Of a stretch of 64,000 bases of DNA, positions 19,098-29,055 are shown piece by piece (within the stretch, counting starts at the first letter, position 1; every line of letters begins with the position of its first letter). The stretch lies in contig CAXXKJ010000002.1 in the NCBI GenBank assembly GCA_963675295.2, positions 2,048,001-2,112,000 on the forward strand, read 5' to 3'. The notes under the pieces were generated by a model. It saw only the letters and a program-made list of their open reading frames with translations. It was not told the DNA's origin and searched no databases. The position numbers were made by a program, and so were the translations under genes. Source of the stretch: a bacterium (GTDB lineage: Bacteria > Electryoneota > Electryoneia > Electryoneales > Electryoneaceae).

Positions 19098-20351
19098 ATG
19101 CCCAATTTTGCATTTATCATTACCGAGCCGGATGGCACCCGGCGTGAAGACCGGTTGCGGGCGAACAGCTACGAGGCCGCGTGGTCGCAACTGACGAAGC
19201 GTGGCTGGAAAATTGTCTCGCTGCGTGAAGTCCGGATGGCCGAGCAGGCGCAGTCGACGTCAATCGTTGACCAGATCAGTACGGCAGTGTACCGGATGCG
19301 GACTTCGGTTCCGTTGCAGACACTTGTCTTCTTCACCCGTCAGCTGGCAACGATGTTCTCCGCGGGTTTGACCATCGAAAAGTCGGTGGCGAACCTGATG
19401 GAAGAGGAGAAAAGCAGCCGATTCCGTAAGACTCTCGCCGCTGTCGCGACGGATTTGAAACGCGGTAAGGCGTTATCGGAAGCGTTGGCGGAGCACCCCG
19501 GTGTCTTCGACAGTTTGTACATCGCGCTGGTCAAGGCCGGTGAAATCTCCGGTTCGTTGAACACGGTTCTTGAGGAGCTCAGCAACTACCTCGAAGCGGT
19601 TGCGGAAACGCGTCGTAAGGTTGTGTCAGCGTTGACTTATCCGGTGATCATCGTGTTGTTCATGATCATCATTCTGACCGCGTTGTTGATCTTCATCGTT
19701 CCGATGTTCACTGACATTTACTCAAACTTCGGCGCCAGCCTGCCGATTCACACGCGCATGTTGATTGCGATCAGCACGGCGTTGAGTGAAAACTTCATTG
19801 CGGCGGTTGGTATTACGATCGTGTTCTTCATCGTCGGCTGGACGCTGACGTTGACCGAGCGCGGCGGGATCGCCTGGGATACATTCCGCATTCGATTCCC
19901 GGTACTCGGACAGCTGCACGTAGACAGCATGATGAACCGTTTCTCGAAGACGTTCGGTATCCTGATGGGTGCTGGTGTACCGGTGCTGGAAGGGATTGAC
20001 CACTGCCACAAAGTTGTCGGCAACCGCGTGATTCGGCGCGCGCTGAATGACGTGAAGACGATGGTCAAGGACGGTTTCGCGATTTCGGTTGCGATGAAGA
20101 AAACGGGCAAGTTCCCGTCAACGCTGGTGCAGCTGGTTGCTACCGGTGAAGAAACCGGTGAAATGGACCGCTTGCTTGATCGTGCCGCCTACTTCTACGA
20201 AAAACAGGTGGAAGCGATTTCGGAACGATTGACCAGTTTGATCCAGCCGATGATGATCATTCTGCTCGGTGCGGTGGTGTTGACGATTCTCGTCTCGATT
20301 TACCTGCCGATTTTCCAGATTGGTCGCGTCATGCAGGCCGGTCTTGGTTGA
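19098..20351 (+). CDS. pilC: Inner-membrane platform protein PilC
   Basis: FFTRQLATMFSAG, AGEISGSL, ALTYP, TGEETGEMD, YLPIF. Confidence 0.95.
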   Translation: MPNFAFIITEPDGTRREDRLRANSYEAAWSQLTKRGWKIVSLREVRMAEQAQSTSIVDQISTAVYRMRTSVPLQTLVFFTRQLATMFSAGLTIEKSVANLMEEEKSSRFRKTLAAVATDLKRGKALSEALAEHPGVFDSLYIALVKAGEISGSLNTVLEELSNYLEAVAETRRKVVSALTYPVIIVLFMIIILTALLIFIVPMFTDIYSNFGASLPIHTRMLIAISTALSENFIAAVGITIVFFIVGWTLTLTERGGIAWDTFRIRFPVLGQLHVDSMMNRFSKTFGILMGAGVPVLEGIDHCHKVVGNRVIRRALNDVKTMVKDGFAISVAMKKTGKFPSTLVQLVATGEETGEMDRLLDRAAYFYEKQVEAISERLTSLIQPMMIILLGAVVLTILVSIYLPIFQIGRVMQAGLG

Positions 20352-20377
20352 TCGAGACCATTTATGTCGTACTTTCA

Positions 20378-20410
20378 AGCCCGGTGGGATCATGCCCGCC
20401 GGGCTTTTTG
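20378..20410 (+). terminator. Intrinsic terminator
   Basis: AAGCCCGG..CCGGGCTT followed by T-run. Confidence 0.65.
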
Positions 20411-20454
20411 CTGACGTGCTGCGCCGTTGTGTTCAACCCAGACGGATCTTGATC

Positions 20455-21255
20455 ATGGATCAGGCCCTGTACCTTCCAATTGTCGTATTTGCCACGCTGA
20501 TCGGCCTGGCGATCGGCAGCTTCTTGAACGTGGTAATCCACCGTGTCCCGGCGGGGGAGTCGATTGTGCATCCGCCGTCGCACTGCCCGTCCTGCGACCG
20601 GCAGATTCGGTGGTACGAGAACGTGCCGCTGCTGTCCTGGGTCCTGCTTGGCGGAAAATGCAAGGGCTGCCGGGCGCCGATATCCGCACGGTATCCTTTG
20701 GTGGAGTTGCTCGGCGGGCTGGTTCCACTATTGTGCCTGCTGGAATTCGGGCTGACGTGGAAAGCACTGCTCGGGATCGTGATGGGGTGGAACCTGATCG
20801 CGCTCGGATTCATTGACTTCGAAACCAAGCTGGTGCCGGACGTTCTCGTTCTGACGCTCGGCGTGCCGGGCCTGATTCTGCAGTTCCTCGCTGGATCGTG
20901 GTATGGCCTGATGATAGCGGTGGTATCCTCACTTATCCTCGGTGGATTTTTCTGGCTGACACGCAAACTCGCCAGCATGTGGATGGGGGAGGAGGCGATG
21001 GGCATGGGGGATGTGACACTGGCGCTGGGTATCGGTGTCTACCTGCACCCGCTGTTTCTGCCGGTGTTTCTGCTCATGGCGTCGATGTCGGTGCTGGTCG
21101 CGGCGTTGATCTGGGCATGGGTACGCAAGGTTTCGCTGCGTGAAGTGGAAATCCCGTTCGGCCCTGGCCTGGCGTTGGGCGGCTGGGTAACGTTCATCGC
21201 AGGACTGCCACTGATGGACGGTCTGATGCGGCTGGTACAACCAGTGCTGAATTGA
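20455..21255 (+). CDS. pilD: Prepilin peptidase PilD
   Basis: GSFLNVVIHR, SHCPSC..CKGC, RYPLVE, FIDFE, MGMGD, IPFGPGL. Confidence 0.95.
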   Translation: MDQALYLPIVVFATLIGLAIGSFLNVVIHRVPAGESIVHPPSHCPSCDRQIRWYENVPLLSWVLLGGKCKGCRAPISARYPLVELLGGLVPLLCLLEFGLTWKALLGIVMGWNLIALGFIDFETKLVPDVLVLTLGVPGLILQFLAGSWYGLMIAVVSSLILGGFFWLTRKLASMWMGEEAMGMGDVTLALGIGVYLHPLFLPVFLLMASMSVLVAALIWAWVRKVSLREVEIPFGPGLALGGWVTFIAGLPLMDGLMRLVQPVLN

Positions 21256-21321
21256 AATCGGTTGAACTGGTCAGCGTTCGGGCAGCAAGAGACGGCGTTC
21301 AGGAATCGGGCAAGAGTAAGA

Positions 21322-21357
21322 GAAACGGGGCCACTTCGTTGGAAGCGGCCCCGTTTC
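21322..21357. terminator. Bidirectional terminator between convergent genes
   Basis: GAAACGGGGCC..GGCCCCGTTTC. Confidence 0.7.
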
Positions 21358-21401
21358 GTATGCGGTGAATCAAGGCGTTCGCCATGAGTTCATGCGCTGC
21401 G

Positions 21402-23489
21402 TTACTTCATCAGGACCATCTTGCGGGTGGCGGAAACGTCGCCCGAAGACAGCTTGTAGAAGTAGACACCGCTGGCGAGGTCGCCGGCGTAGAAGTTGAC
21501 GGTGTGGGCACCCGCGCTCATGCCGCGGTCGACCAGCGTGGCAACTTCACGGCCAAGGACGTCGTAGACGGCCAGCTTGACCTTACCCGGGCTGGACAGG
21601 TTGAAGGCAATCTGCGTGCTCGGGTTGAACGGGTTCGGATAGTTCTGCTGCAGTTCGAACTGATCCGGGGTCAGGCTCTGGCTCTTTTCACCGACCGAGG
21701 TCAGGCCGAAGAAACCATCATCCGGATAGGTGGTCCAGTCATCCGGATCCTGATAGAAACCGGTCGAGTCGCGGTGCATCGGGTAGTTACGAACCCATTC
21801 CGCGTTGACATCGAAGGAGTCGATCAGGGCCTGCTTCATCACACGGTGGTAAACGAGCGGGTTGTTGGTCGGATCGCCAACCGGAGCGTCGCCACCCGGG
21901 GACGCGATGCCACCGTCGTAGTCCTTGGTGTAGAACAGGTGCAGGTAGTCACCGTCGCTGTTCAACGCCATGGTCATTTCACGCTCGGATTCGGTTTCAC
22001 CCGGGCCGAGGTTGGTGCCCATGTTACGGGTCTTGGTCACGTTGATCGGCTTCGCCCAGTGCTTACCCATGTCCGGGGAGGCAGTGATCCAGACGTCGGT
22101 CGCCTGCACGCCGTCATCGGAGCAATCCAGCGGCACAGCCTGCTCACCCTGGATTTCGTAGAGGCCGTCCTCACCGTACATCACGTACGCGCACCAGATC
22201 ACGTCGGTGTCGCTGTCCCAGTACAGGTTGCCATTACCGACCTGCTTCTCCCACTGCGCAGCTTCCATCGCGGTGGAGGAGTTGAAGTAATCCGCATCCT
22301 GAATCTGCACGAAGAGCTGATCCACGCTGTTCCAGTACCACTGACGGGAACCGAGGACCGAAATCGTACCTTCGTAGAAGTAGTAATTCTCGGTGTTGAA
22401 GGTGACGTGCAGGTTGTTGTCATCATCGTACACCATGTCGATTTCGGTGTAGCATCGCATGGTGTCGCCGTTGGCCGCGGTGGTATCCGGCAGGGCGCTC
22501 GGATCCGGGGCGATCCAGTTGGTCACGACCATCGCGTTTTCGGTGCCCCAGCTCCAGGTTTCACCGGCGTCGTCGCTCTCCCAGATCAGGATTTCGTTGT
22601 TGTGCTGGGTGTCTTCGCCTTCATCGTAGAGGTTGAAGCGGCTGACCATGTTGGCCACAGCCACGTTCATACCATCATCCGAGACGGCAAGGGCGTTGGA
22701 CAGGTTCATCGCAACGTCGGTCACGAGCACCTGGTTGTCGCCACCCGGGGTCGCGTTGGTGAAGGTTGCAATTGCCGGATCCAGCAGGGCACGGTTGTAG
22801 TAGAGACCGTCTTCCAGCAGGTTGTCCGGATCGTACTCGTTGAGCAGGGTGTGGACGTAGTAGTTGTCGTCCTCATCGTAGGCACCAACCGCGTGCGGCC
22901 ACATGGTGACAACGTCAACTTCCGGAATCGTCCAGGTGTTCCATACGTTCGGCACGAACGGGTTCGGCACGGCGTTGTAGGAATGGTATTCCTCACCGGC
23001 CGGCGGGCCACCGTGATAGGTCATCACCGGTACGTCATGTTCGGTAGCCAGGGTGATCACCTGATAACCACCAAATTCGCTACCAACGTTGGCCTGGCTG
23101 GACGTACCAACCTCAATGCTACCATCTTCGAGGAGGTTCGCACTGATGTAGTAGGCCTCGGAGGTACCACTTGAGGTTTCGCGGTAGCACCATGTCATGT
23201 GGACGGTGGTCGCATTGTCAACATAGTCGTCGACTTCAATCATGCGGCTCAACGTTGCGTTGTGCTGCATGTCACGCCACGTCATACCCACGATGACGGT
23301 GTCGCCGATGATCTCGTCCAATTCGTTGTGCGCGTTGTTCCAATCAACAACAAAGCCCGACTTGGCAGCCGGTTCATCGTTCAACTTCTTCGCCAGGACA
23401 TCCTGACTGATAACCGCGTCCGCCATCGCAGCAGTAGTCATCAGCATCACGAGCCCAAGCGTACACATCACTAACCACGCTCGCTTCAT
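21402..23489 (-). CDS. Secreted BNR/Asp-box protein with T9SS type A-like C-terminal domain
   Basis: Signal peptide from MKRAWL (23489); SDDAGETW Asp-box; QNYPNPFNPST..YDVLGREV..SGVYFYKL..RKMVLMK. Confidence 0.85.
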   Translation of the reverse strand: MKRAWLVMCTLGLVMLMTTAAMADAVISQDVLAKKLNDEPAAKSGFVVDWNNAHNELDEIIGDTVIVGMTWRDMQHNATLSRMIEVDDYVDNATTVHMTWCYRETSSGTSEAYYISANLLEDGSIEVGTSSQANVGSEFGGYQVITLATEHDVPVMTYHGGPPAGEEYHSYNAVPNPFVPNVWNTWTIPEVDVVTMWPHAVGAYDEDDNYYVHTLLNEYDPDNLLEDGLYYNRALLDPAIATFTNATPGGDNQVLVTDVAMNLSNALAVSDDGMNVAVANMVSRFNLYDEGEDTQHNNEILIWESDDAGETWSWGTENAMVVTNWIAPDPSALPDTTAANGDTMRCYTEIDMVYDDDNNLHVTFNTENYYFYEGTISVLGSRQWYWNSVDQLFVQIQDADYFNSSTAMEAAQWEKQVGNGNLYWDSDTDVIWCAYVMYGEDGLYEIQGEQAVPLDCSDDGVQATDVWITASPDMGKHWAKPINVTKTRNMGTNLGPGETESEREMTMALNSDGDYLHLFYTKDYDGGIASPGGDAPVGDPTNNPLVYHRVMKQALIDSFDVNAEWVRNYPMHRDSTGFYQDPDDWTTYPDDGFFGLTSVGEKSQSLTPDQFELQQNYPNPFNPSTQIAFNLSSPGKVKLAVYDVLGREVATLVDRGMSAGAHTVNFYAGDLASGVYFYKLSSGDVSATRKMVLMK

Positions 23490-24206
23490 GTTCTCTTCCT
23501 TTCGGTGTTCACATCGAACTACACAGAATCCCGGCTCGCACAGAGTTCGGTTGAACGAGTACAGCCGGTTTTTACGTACGGTATTGGTAGTTCCGCTAGA
23601 AGAACCAAATAGTATAACATTGAGGACGGAAAGGAAAGAGAAAACTCCGCGGAAATGCCTTGTTCGCTCTACTGTTCTCACCCGCCCTTCCTCTTTAACC
23701 TAAAACAAAAGGGGAGTAGATCCAAATTTCCCGCGTCCAATTGCGAGTATGCGCTAACTCGGGCTCTAAGCGGTCTCTTTTTCGAATGAAATCGCGATAA
23801 TACCGTGGCTCTACTTGTCCTGCCGAGTGGTGAGACGGTTCGCACGCGAGTATATTAGCTGGATCATTCTTGAAGCATGGGGCATCAAGATACGGCCTGC
23901 GCGGGGTCGGTACACGGTAAACCAGATAGCGAAATCGGACCCGGGATCGACAATCCAAGCGATCCCTGAGCGGTCAACGGTATCCGCTCAGAGGCAGTTT
24001 TCCGGGTAAGATTTCCCTCAGGCACTGATCTGTTCTTGCATTTCCCTTGGCAGCGTATACATTAAAAGAGGGGCAGGGTTTGTTTGGCTGTGACGCCGGT
24101 CCGGAGTCATAGCGTCAGATTCAGTTCAAGCCCCAAGCGCAAAGCAACAACTCCAAATAGGAAGAGACAGGGTCCAACCTAGGTTAGGGGTACTAACGGA
24201 GGGAGC

Positions 24207-26321
24207 ATGAAGAGCTTTTTGAGCCTGGTATTGGCTTTACTGCTGGCTGTCACGGTAACCGGCTTTGCCGATTCGAATGTGGACGCCAAAAAGTATGATA
24301 CGTCAAATCCGCTGCCACTGCTTCGCGGTGATGAGGAAGTGAACGTTCCGGTTGATATGCCGGGCTTCACTCCGCGCGTGGGCGAACTTGACGAACTGAT
24401 CGGCGACACGCTTATCGTCGGCTTCTCGGCCTGGGATGCGCAGCACAACGGTAGTTCCGGCCGCATGATCGGTTTCTATCCCGGTAGTGGCGATGACTGG
24501 GAAGCGTACGTTGTATATTCCAAATTGGATGGGATTTCGACCGCAAACCCACGCCACGTCCATTACACTCGGGTCATGGATGACGGCCAGGGCGGGTTGA
24601 TGATGGCCCCGAACCCGAGCCAGGTGTGTGAAACCGACTACCGCAGTGGTTACACCACGTTGGTGTTTGACTACGAAAACAACGTTGGGTATCCGACGTT
24701 CCACGTGGCCGAAAACAACGGTGATGATTTTGTTGCGGCTGCAGTCGTGCAGAATCCCTTTGTGCCGACGATTTTCAACTCGTTCGACGTTCCTCCGTAC
24801 GGTGATGTCGAACGCATCTGGCCGCACTCGGTGTTTGGTACGACCAACCACGTTCACATGATCATGCACGAAAGCCGTCAGGACGACGCGACGGCTGTCA
24901 CCGCGGCGAGCTACTTCCGTTTCATTCCGGATCCTGTGACCGGCACGATGACCCCGGACATGAGCGATGGCGAGCAGTTCATTTTCCCGGAAATCATGAT
25001 GAACATTTCGACGGATCTGACCGTCGACATGACCGGTGACAACCTCGCGCTCGGCATGGCTGTCAGCCGTTTTGCCACGATTGGCGAAGACTTCCGTGAG
25101 CCGGGTGCTGATGATCAGGTCAACAACGACCTGTACATCTATCTAAGTGATGACGCTGGCGAAACCTGGGATACGGACAACCCGATTGACGTAACTCAGT
25201 TCATTCCGATCCAACCGGCAGCGTTGCCGGATACGGTAACCGCGAATCAGGATACGTTCCGTGCATACACCGACTGCTCAGTGATCTTCGATGCGGAAAA
25301 CAATCTGCATGCCGCGTTCACCGTGGGTGAATTCTATTTCTACGGCTATCCAGGGATTCCTGATCTGGACGCGACGGTTACCGGGCGCATCTTCCACCAC
25401 ATGGAACGTGGTGACTCCTCGGTGTGGACGCAGATCAACAACCAGCCGTTTGTCGTTCGCCCGGAAGGCTGGGCGCGTACGACGGACCGTCCGAACCTGT
25501 TCTACGACATGGATACGGACATTCTCTGGTGCACGTTCCGAGCCATGGACGGCGGTCCTGATACGACGGACTTCAAGACCCAGGCTGATGACTTGCCCTA
25601 CGGCAATGCGGACATTTATGTGACCGCCAGCCCGCCGGGACAGTACAACGGATTACTGTGGACGAAGCCGATCAACATCACCAACACCATCTGGACCGAT
25701 CCGAATGTGGAACCGGTTCCGGGCCAGAGCCAGAGCGAATCGGATCCGACGATTCCGTTGCGCTGCGAAGGTGAGTACCTCATGATCTCGTATCTGAAGG
25801 ATCTGGATCCGGGTACTGCCATTGCCGGCAATGATCAGGCGGTTGGTGAGATGACGCAGAATCCGATGGTTGTCCAGCGTGTCTCGAAGCAGATGCTGCT
25901 TGACATGTTCGATGACAATGCCGAGTGGCAGCACAACTACCCGATGCACATTGACAGCACGGGCTTCTGGCAGGATCCGTACGACTACGAATGGGAAGGA
26001 CAGGGTGGTTTCTATCGTCCAGGTTCCGTTGGTGATGCGAGCAGCAGCCTGCAACCGCATGAAATTGACCTGAAGCAGAACTACCCGAACCCGTTCAACC
26101 CGTCGACGAAGATCGCGTTCTCGCTGGATCGTCCGGCGAACGTGAAGCTTGCCGTTTACGACGTACTCGGTCGTGAAGTGGTGACGCTGCTCAACCGTGG
26201 CATGAGCGCTGGTTCGCACAACGTGCTGTTCCTCGCGGAAGACTTGCCGAGTGGCGTGTACTTCTACAAGCTGAACGCCAATGGCACAGAGAAGACCCGC
26301 AAGATGGTGCTGCTGAAGTAA
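24207..26321 (+). CDS. Secreted BNR/Asp-box protein with T9SS-like CTD, paralog of 21402-23489
   Basis: Signal peptide; SDDAGETW; ALPDT..ANxDT.R.YT; NYPMH.DSTGF.QDP shared with the paralog; NYPNPFNP CTD. Confidence 0.85.
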   Translation: MKSFLSLVLALLLAVTVTGFADSNVDAKKYDTSNPLPLLRGDEEVNVPVDMPGFTPRVGELDELIGDTLIVGFSAWDAQHNGSSGRMIGFYPGSGDDWEAYVVYSKLDGISTANPRHVHYTRVMDDGQGGLMMAPNPSQVCETDYRSGYTTLVFDYENNVGYPTFHVAENNGDDFVAAAVVQNPFVPTIFNSFDVPPYGDVERIWPHSVFGTTNHVHMIMHESRQDDATAVTAASYFRFIPDPVTGTMTPDMSDGEQFIFPEIMMNISTDLTVDMTGDNLALGMAVSRFATIGEDFREPGADDQVNNDLYIYLSDDAGETWDTDNPIDVTQFIPIQPAALPDTVTANQDTFRAYTDCSVIFDAENNLHAAFTVGEFYFYGYPGIPDLDATVTGRIFHHMERGDSSVWTQINNQPFVVRPEGWARTTDRPNLFYDMDTDILWCTFRAMDGGPDTTDFKTQADDLPYGNADIYVTASPPGQYNGLLWTKPINITNTIWTDPNVEPVPGQSQSESDPTIPLRCEGEYLMISYLKDLDPGTAIAGNDQAVGEMTQNPMVVQRVSKQMLLDMFDDNAEWQHNYPMHIDSTGFWQDPYDYEWEGQGGFYRPGSVGDASSSLQPHEIDLKQNYPNPFNPSTKIAFSLDRPANVKLAVYDVLGREVVTLLNRGMSAGSHNVLFLAEDLPSGVYFYKLNANGTEKTRKMVLLK

Positions 26322-26347
26322 CTGCGGCCCAGACCTGATGTGATATC

Positions 26348-26377
26348 ACGGCCCTCGACAACGAGGGCCGTTTTTCA
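26348..26377 (+). terminator. Intrinsic terminator
   Basis: ACGGCCCTCG..CGAGGGCCGT + TTTT. Confidence 0.7.
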
Positions 26378-26517
26378 TGATGTCGTGGGAAAGTGCAGGT
26401 ACCGTTAGAGGGCTGCGAAAAGGGGGACGATCGAGTGTCCCCGGATAATTCTCACGGGTGGTTGTCTCCGGTCGGATCGGGGTCTACTTTACGGCTCCAC
26501 AGTCCTTGGAGAGGTAG

Positions 26518-27669
26518 ATGCATTTGGTAACCCGTAAAGTCTTGATCACGCTGATTTTGTGCTTGTTCAGCGTGACGTTTGTGCACGCGCAGCTTGTGCA
26601 GCGGCGCGGCTCAGATACAACGATCGACATCGCCACGTGGAACCTGAAACAATTCCCGTTGACTGGCGCGACAACCACCACGCTGGTCGGCCTGATGGTC
26701 GGCGATCTCGAACTCGATGTGATTGGTCTGCAGGAAATCGTCGATGTGGACGCCTTGAACCAGGCCGCGCAGACAGCGGGTGGTTGGAGCGCGTTAACGA
26801 CGCAGCCATATGCCGGAGATATCCGCATCGGCGTGCTGTACAAGAACTCGAAGGTGGACTTGACCGGTGCGCCGTATGTCATCATCGGCAACCAGTTTAC
26901 GCGCAACCCGTACGTCATACCGATGGAAGTCACGGAAAACGAGACTACCATTGCGTTTAACCTGGTCGTCGTTCATCTCAAGGCGTACAACACGCCGGAT
27001 GACATTCAGACCCGCCGCATCGAGCTGGGCGCATTGAAGGATTTCATTGATCCGCAGCTGGGTGACGAACCGAACTGGATCGTCGTCGGCGACTTCAACG
27101 ATGAACTGGACGATCCGGAATCGTGGAACGTGTTCCTCGATTTCCTCGACGATGACAACTACGAATTTCTCACTCTTCCCATGGCGGGGGACCCGCAGCA
27201 GGCATCGTATCCGGGTTACAGTTCGTTGATCGATCACATTCTGATTACGTCCAGCTTGCTGGACGAATATGGCGACAACGGGTTGACGGAAACGCTCCGG
27301 CTCGATGATGAGCTGTCCAACTACCTGACCACGGTCAGCGATCACCGGCCGGTGGCGTCCTACTTCCCGGCGACAGACGCCTACGTCGGAGAAAGCTGGA
27401 GCAGTGCCCAACCGGCATTGCCGACGATCACGTTGTGGCCGGTTCCGAGCAACGCGTCGGTGACAGTGCGCTATGAGCTGCCGGGACGTGCCGCCGCGCG
27501 GATGTACGTGTACGATCTGCTCGGGCGTGTGGTCGCGCAACAGGCGCTGGCGTCCGCGAGTGGGCGGGTTGTCTGGGACGCGCAAACGGTTCCGTCCGGG
27601 ATGTACGTGGTCAAGGTCGAGGGCGGTGACGGCCAGTCGGTGCAGGCGCGTGCGGTGGTGTTGAAGTAA
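26518..27669 (+). CDS. Secreted endonuclease/exonuclease/phosphatase (DNase I-like) with T9SS-like CTD
   Basis: IATWNL, GLQEI, HLKA, GDFND, IDHILI, SDHRPV; CTD WPVPSN..YDLLGR..SGMYVV. Confidence 0.88.
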   Translation: MHLVTRKVLITLILCLFSVTFVHAQLVQRRGSDTTIDIATWNLKQFPLTGATTTTLVGLMVGDLELDVIGLQEIVDVDALNQAAQTAGGWSALTTQPYAGDIRIGVLYKNSKVDLTGAPYVIIGNQFTRNPYVIPMEVTENETTIAFNLVVVHLKAYNTPDDIQTRRIELGALKDFIDPQLGDEPNWIVVGDFNDELDDPESWNVFLDFLDDDNYEFLTLPMAGDPQQASYPGYSSLIDHILITSSLLDEYGDNGLTETLRLDDELSNYLTTVSDHRPVASYFPATDAYVGESWSSAQPALPTITLWPVPSNASVTVRYELPGRAAARMYVYDLLGRVVAQQALASASGRVVWDAQTVPSGMYVVKVEGGDGQSVQARAVVLK

Positions 27670-27829
27670 GACGTGAGTGCGTCGGGTGTTCGGCGGGTGA
27701 GTGTTTTGTCGCGGCAGGTGTCTCTCGGAGGCCTCAGTCCATCCCCACGAGACGCTTTCTCATATGATATTCTGGATTGTATCCAATGCGTCGGAGAACC
27801 TTCCGGCGCTTGTGCCTTAAGGAGGAATA

Positions 27830-28612
27830 ATGCCGAAGAAGTGGACGGCTGAAGACGAAGCATATCTCGTCGCAAACTACAACAAGGTTCCGATTCAGGA
27901 ACTGGCGAAGCAGTTCGGCGTCAGCAAGAAGGCTGTGCGCGTCAAGTACGGCAAGTTGCGGAATCGTTCCGACTTCCTGCAGTTGGCCCAGAAGGCTCCG
28001 GATGAGCCGCCGCCGCCGACTCCGACGACGCAGCCGCGTGGTCCGCGCAAATGGAGCGAGGACGACGAGCGCTACCTGCTCGCGAACTACAACACGATGA
28101 GCCTCGATGAGTTGGCGCGTCACTTTGGCGTGACCAAGAAGGCTGTCCGTGTGAAGTACGGCAAGATCAAGCACAAGGCCGCCGAGCTGGTTCCGGACCA
28201 GAGTGTCAGCGAAGCGGAGCAGCTGCAGGTCGGTCCGCGCAAGTGGACGGAAGAGGACGAGAGCTTCCTGCTCGCTCATTATGAGGATCTCGGCCCGGAC
28301 GCGATGGCGGAACACTTCGGCATCACCCGCAGCCAGGTGCACCAGAAGTACACGGCGGTGAAGGAGAAGCGCCGTCCTACGTTGCACATCCCGCGCATGC
28401 GTGGCGAGGCACCGAAGAAGTCGCTGGTGCAGCAGGTTCGCAAGCGCAAGCCGACCACACCTCTGGTCTCGATGTCGCTGTCGTCCACGATTGCGCGTGT
28501 CGAGGAGCAGATGTCGGAGGTCGAGGGCAGTGTCCCGACCCACATCCATATCATGACCGAAGATGGCTGGAAGCCTCTCGAGATGAGCAAGGGACGGGTC
28601 AGTCGCTCCTGA
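27830..28612 (+). CDS. Protein with three Myb/SANT-like HTH repeats
   Basis: KWTAEDEAYL / KWSEDDERYL / KWTEEDESFL repeats, each followed by an A.xFG(V/I)(S/T) HTH; strong AAGGAGG RBS. Confidence 0.75.
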   Translation: MPKKWTAEDEAYLVANYNKVPIQELAKQFGVSKKAVRVKYGKLRNRSDFLQLAQKAPDEPPPPTPTTQPRGPRKWSEDDERYLLANYNTMSLDELARHFGVTKKAVRVKYGKIKHKAAELVPDQSVSEAEQLQVGPRKWTEEDESFLLAHYEDLGPDAMAEHFGITRSQVHQKYTAVKEKRRPTLHIPRMRGEAPKKSLVQQVRKRKPTTPLVSMSLSSTIARVEEQMSEVEGSVPTHIHIMTEDGWKPLEMSKGRVSRS

Positions 28613-28750
28613 TGGGTGTTGGAAAACCAAGGCATTACAGGGAGCCCGAGCGGTTCCCTTTTCTTCTCGGAGGAAATTGCTTGCAACCATGCGTGATTCG
28701 GTTGCATGATTCGGCGTTGACGTTGCTTTGACCTTGTTCGCGGAGAGAGG

Positions 28751-29047
28751 ATGGAAGAGACGATTCATGCTCGTCACCCGGACCCCGATAAGCAGGGCGT
28801 GAGCATCAGCAAATCAAAATATAACCTGATGCGCTCTGCGATTGAAGCGGCACTGACGAACGAAGATGAACTCACCTTCATCGAGTTGACCAATAAAGTG
28901 CGGAAGAGTCTGACGGGTTCGTTCGACGGTTCGATAGAATGGTACCTGGTGACGGTCAAGCTTGACCTCGAAGCCCAGGGAATCATCGAACGCATCCCGG
29001 GCCGGACTCAGCGATTGCGTCTCGTTCAGGAGCCTGCGGAGGGGTAA
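28751..29047 (+). CDS. Small conserved hypothetical protein (winged-helix-like)
   Basis: HPDPDKQG..I.K.KY..FDGSIEWYLVTVKLDLEA; RBS present. Confidence 0.7.
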   Translation: MEETIHARHPDPDKQGVSISKSKYNLMRSAIEAALTNEDELTFIELTNKVRKSLTGSFDGSIEWYLVTVKLDLEAQGIIERIPGRTQRLRLVQEPAEG

Positions 29048-29055
29048 CACCGGTT

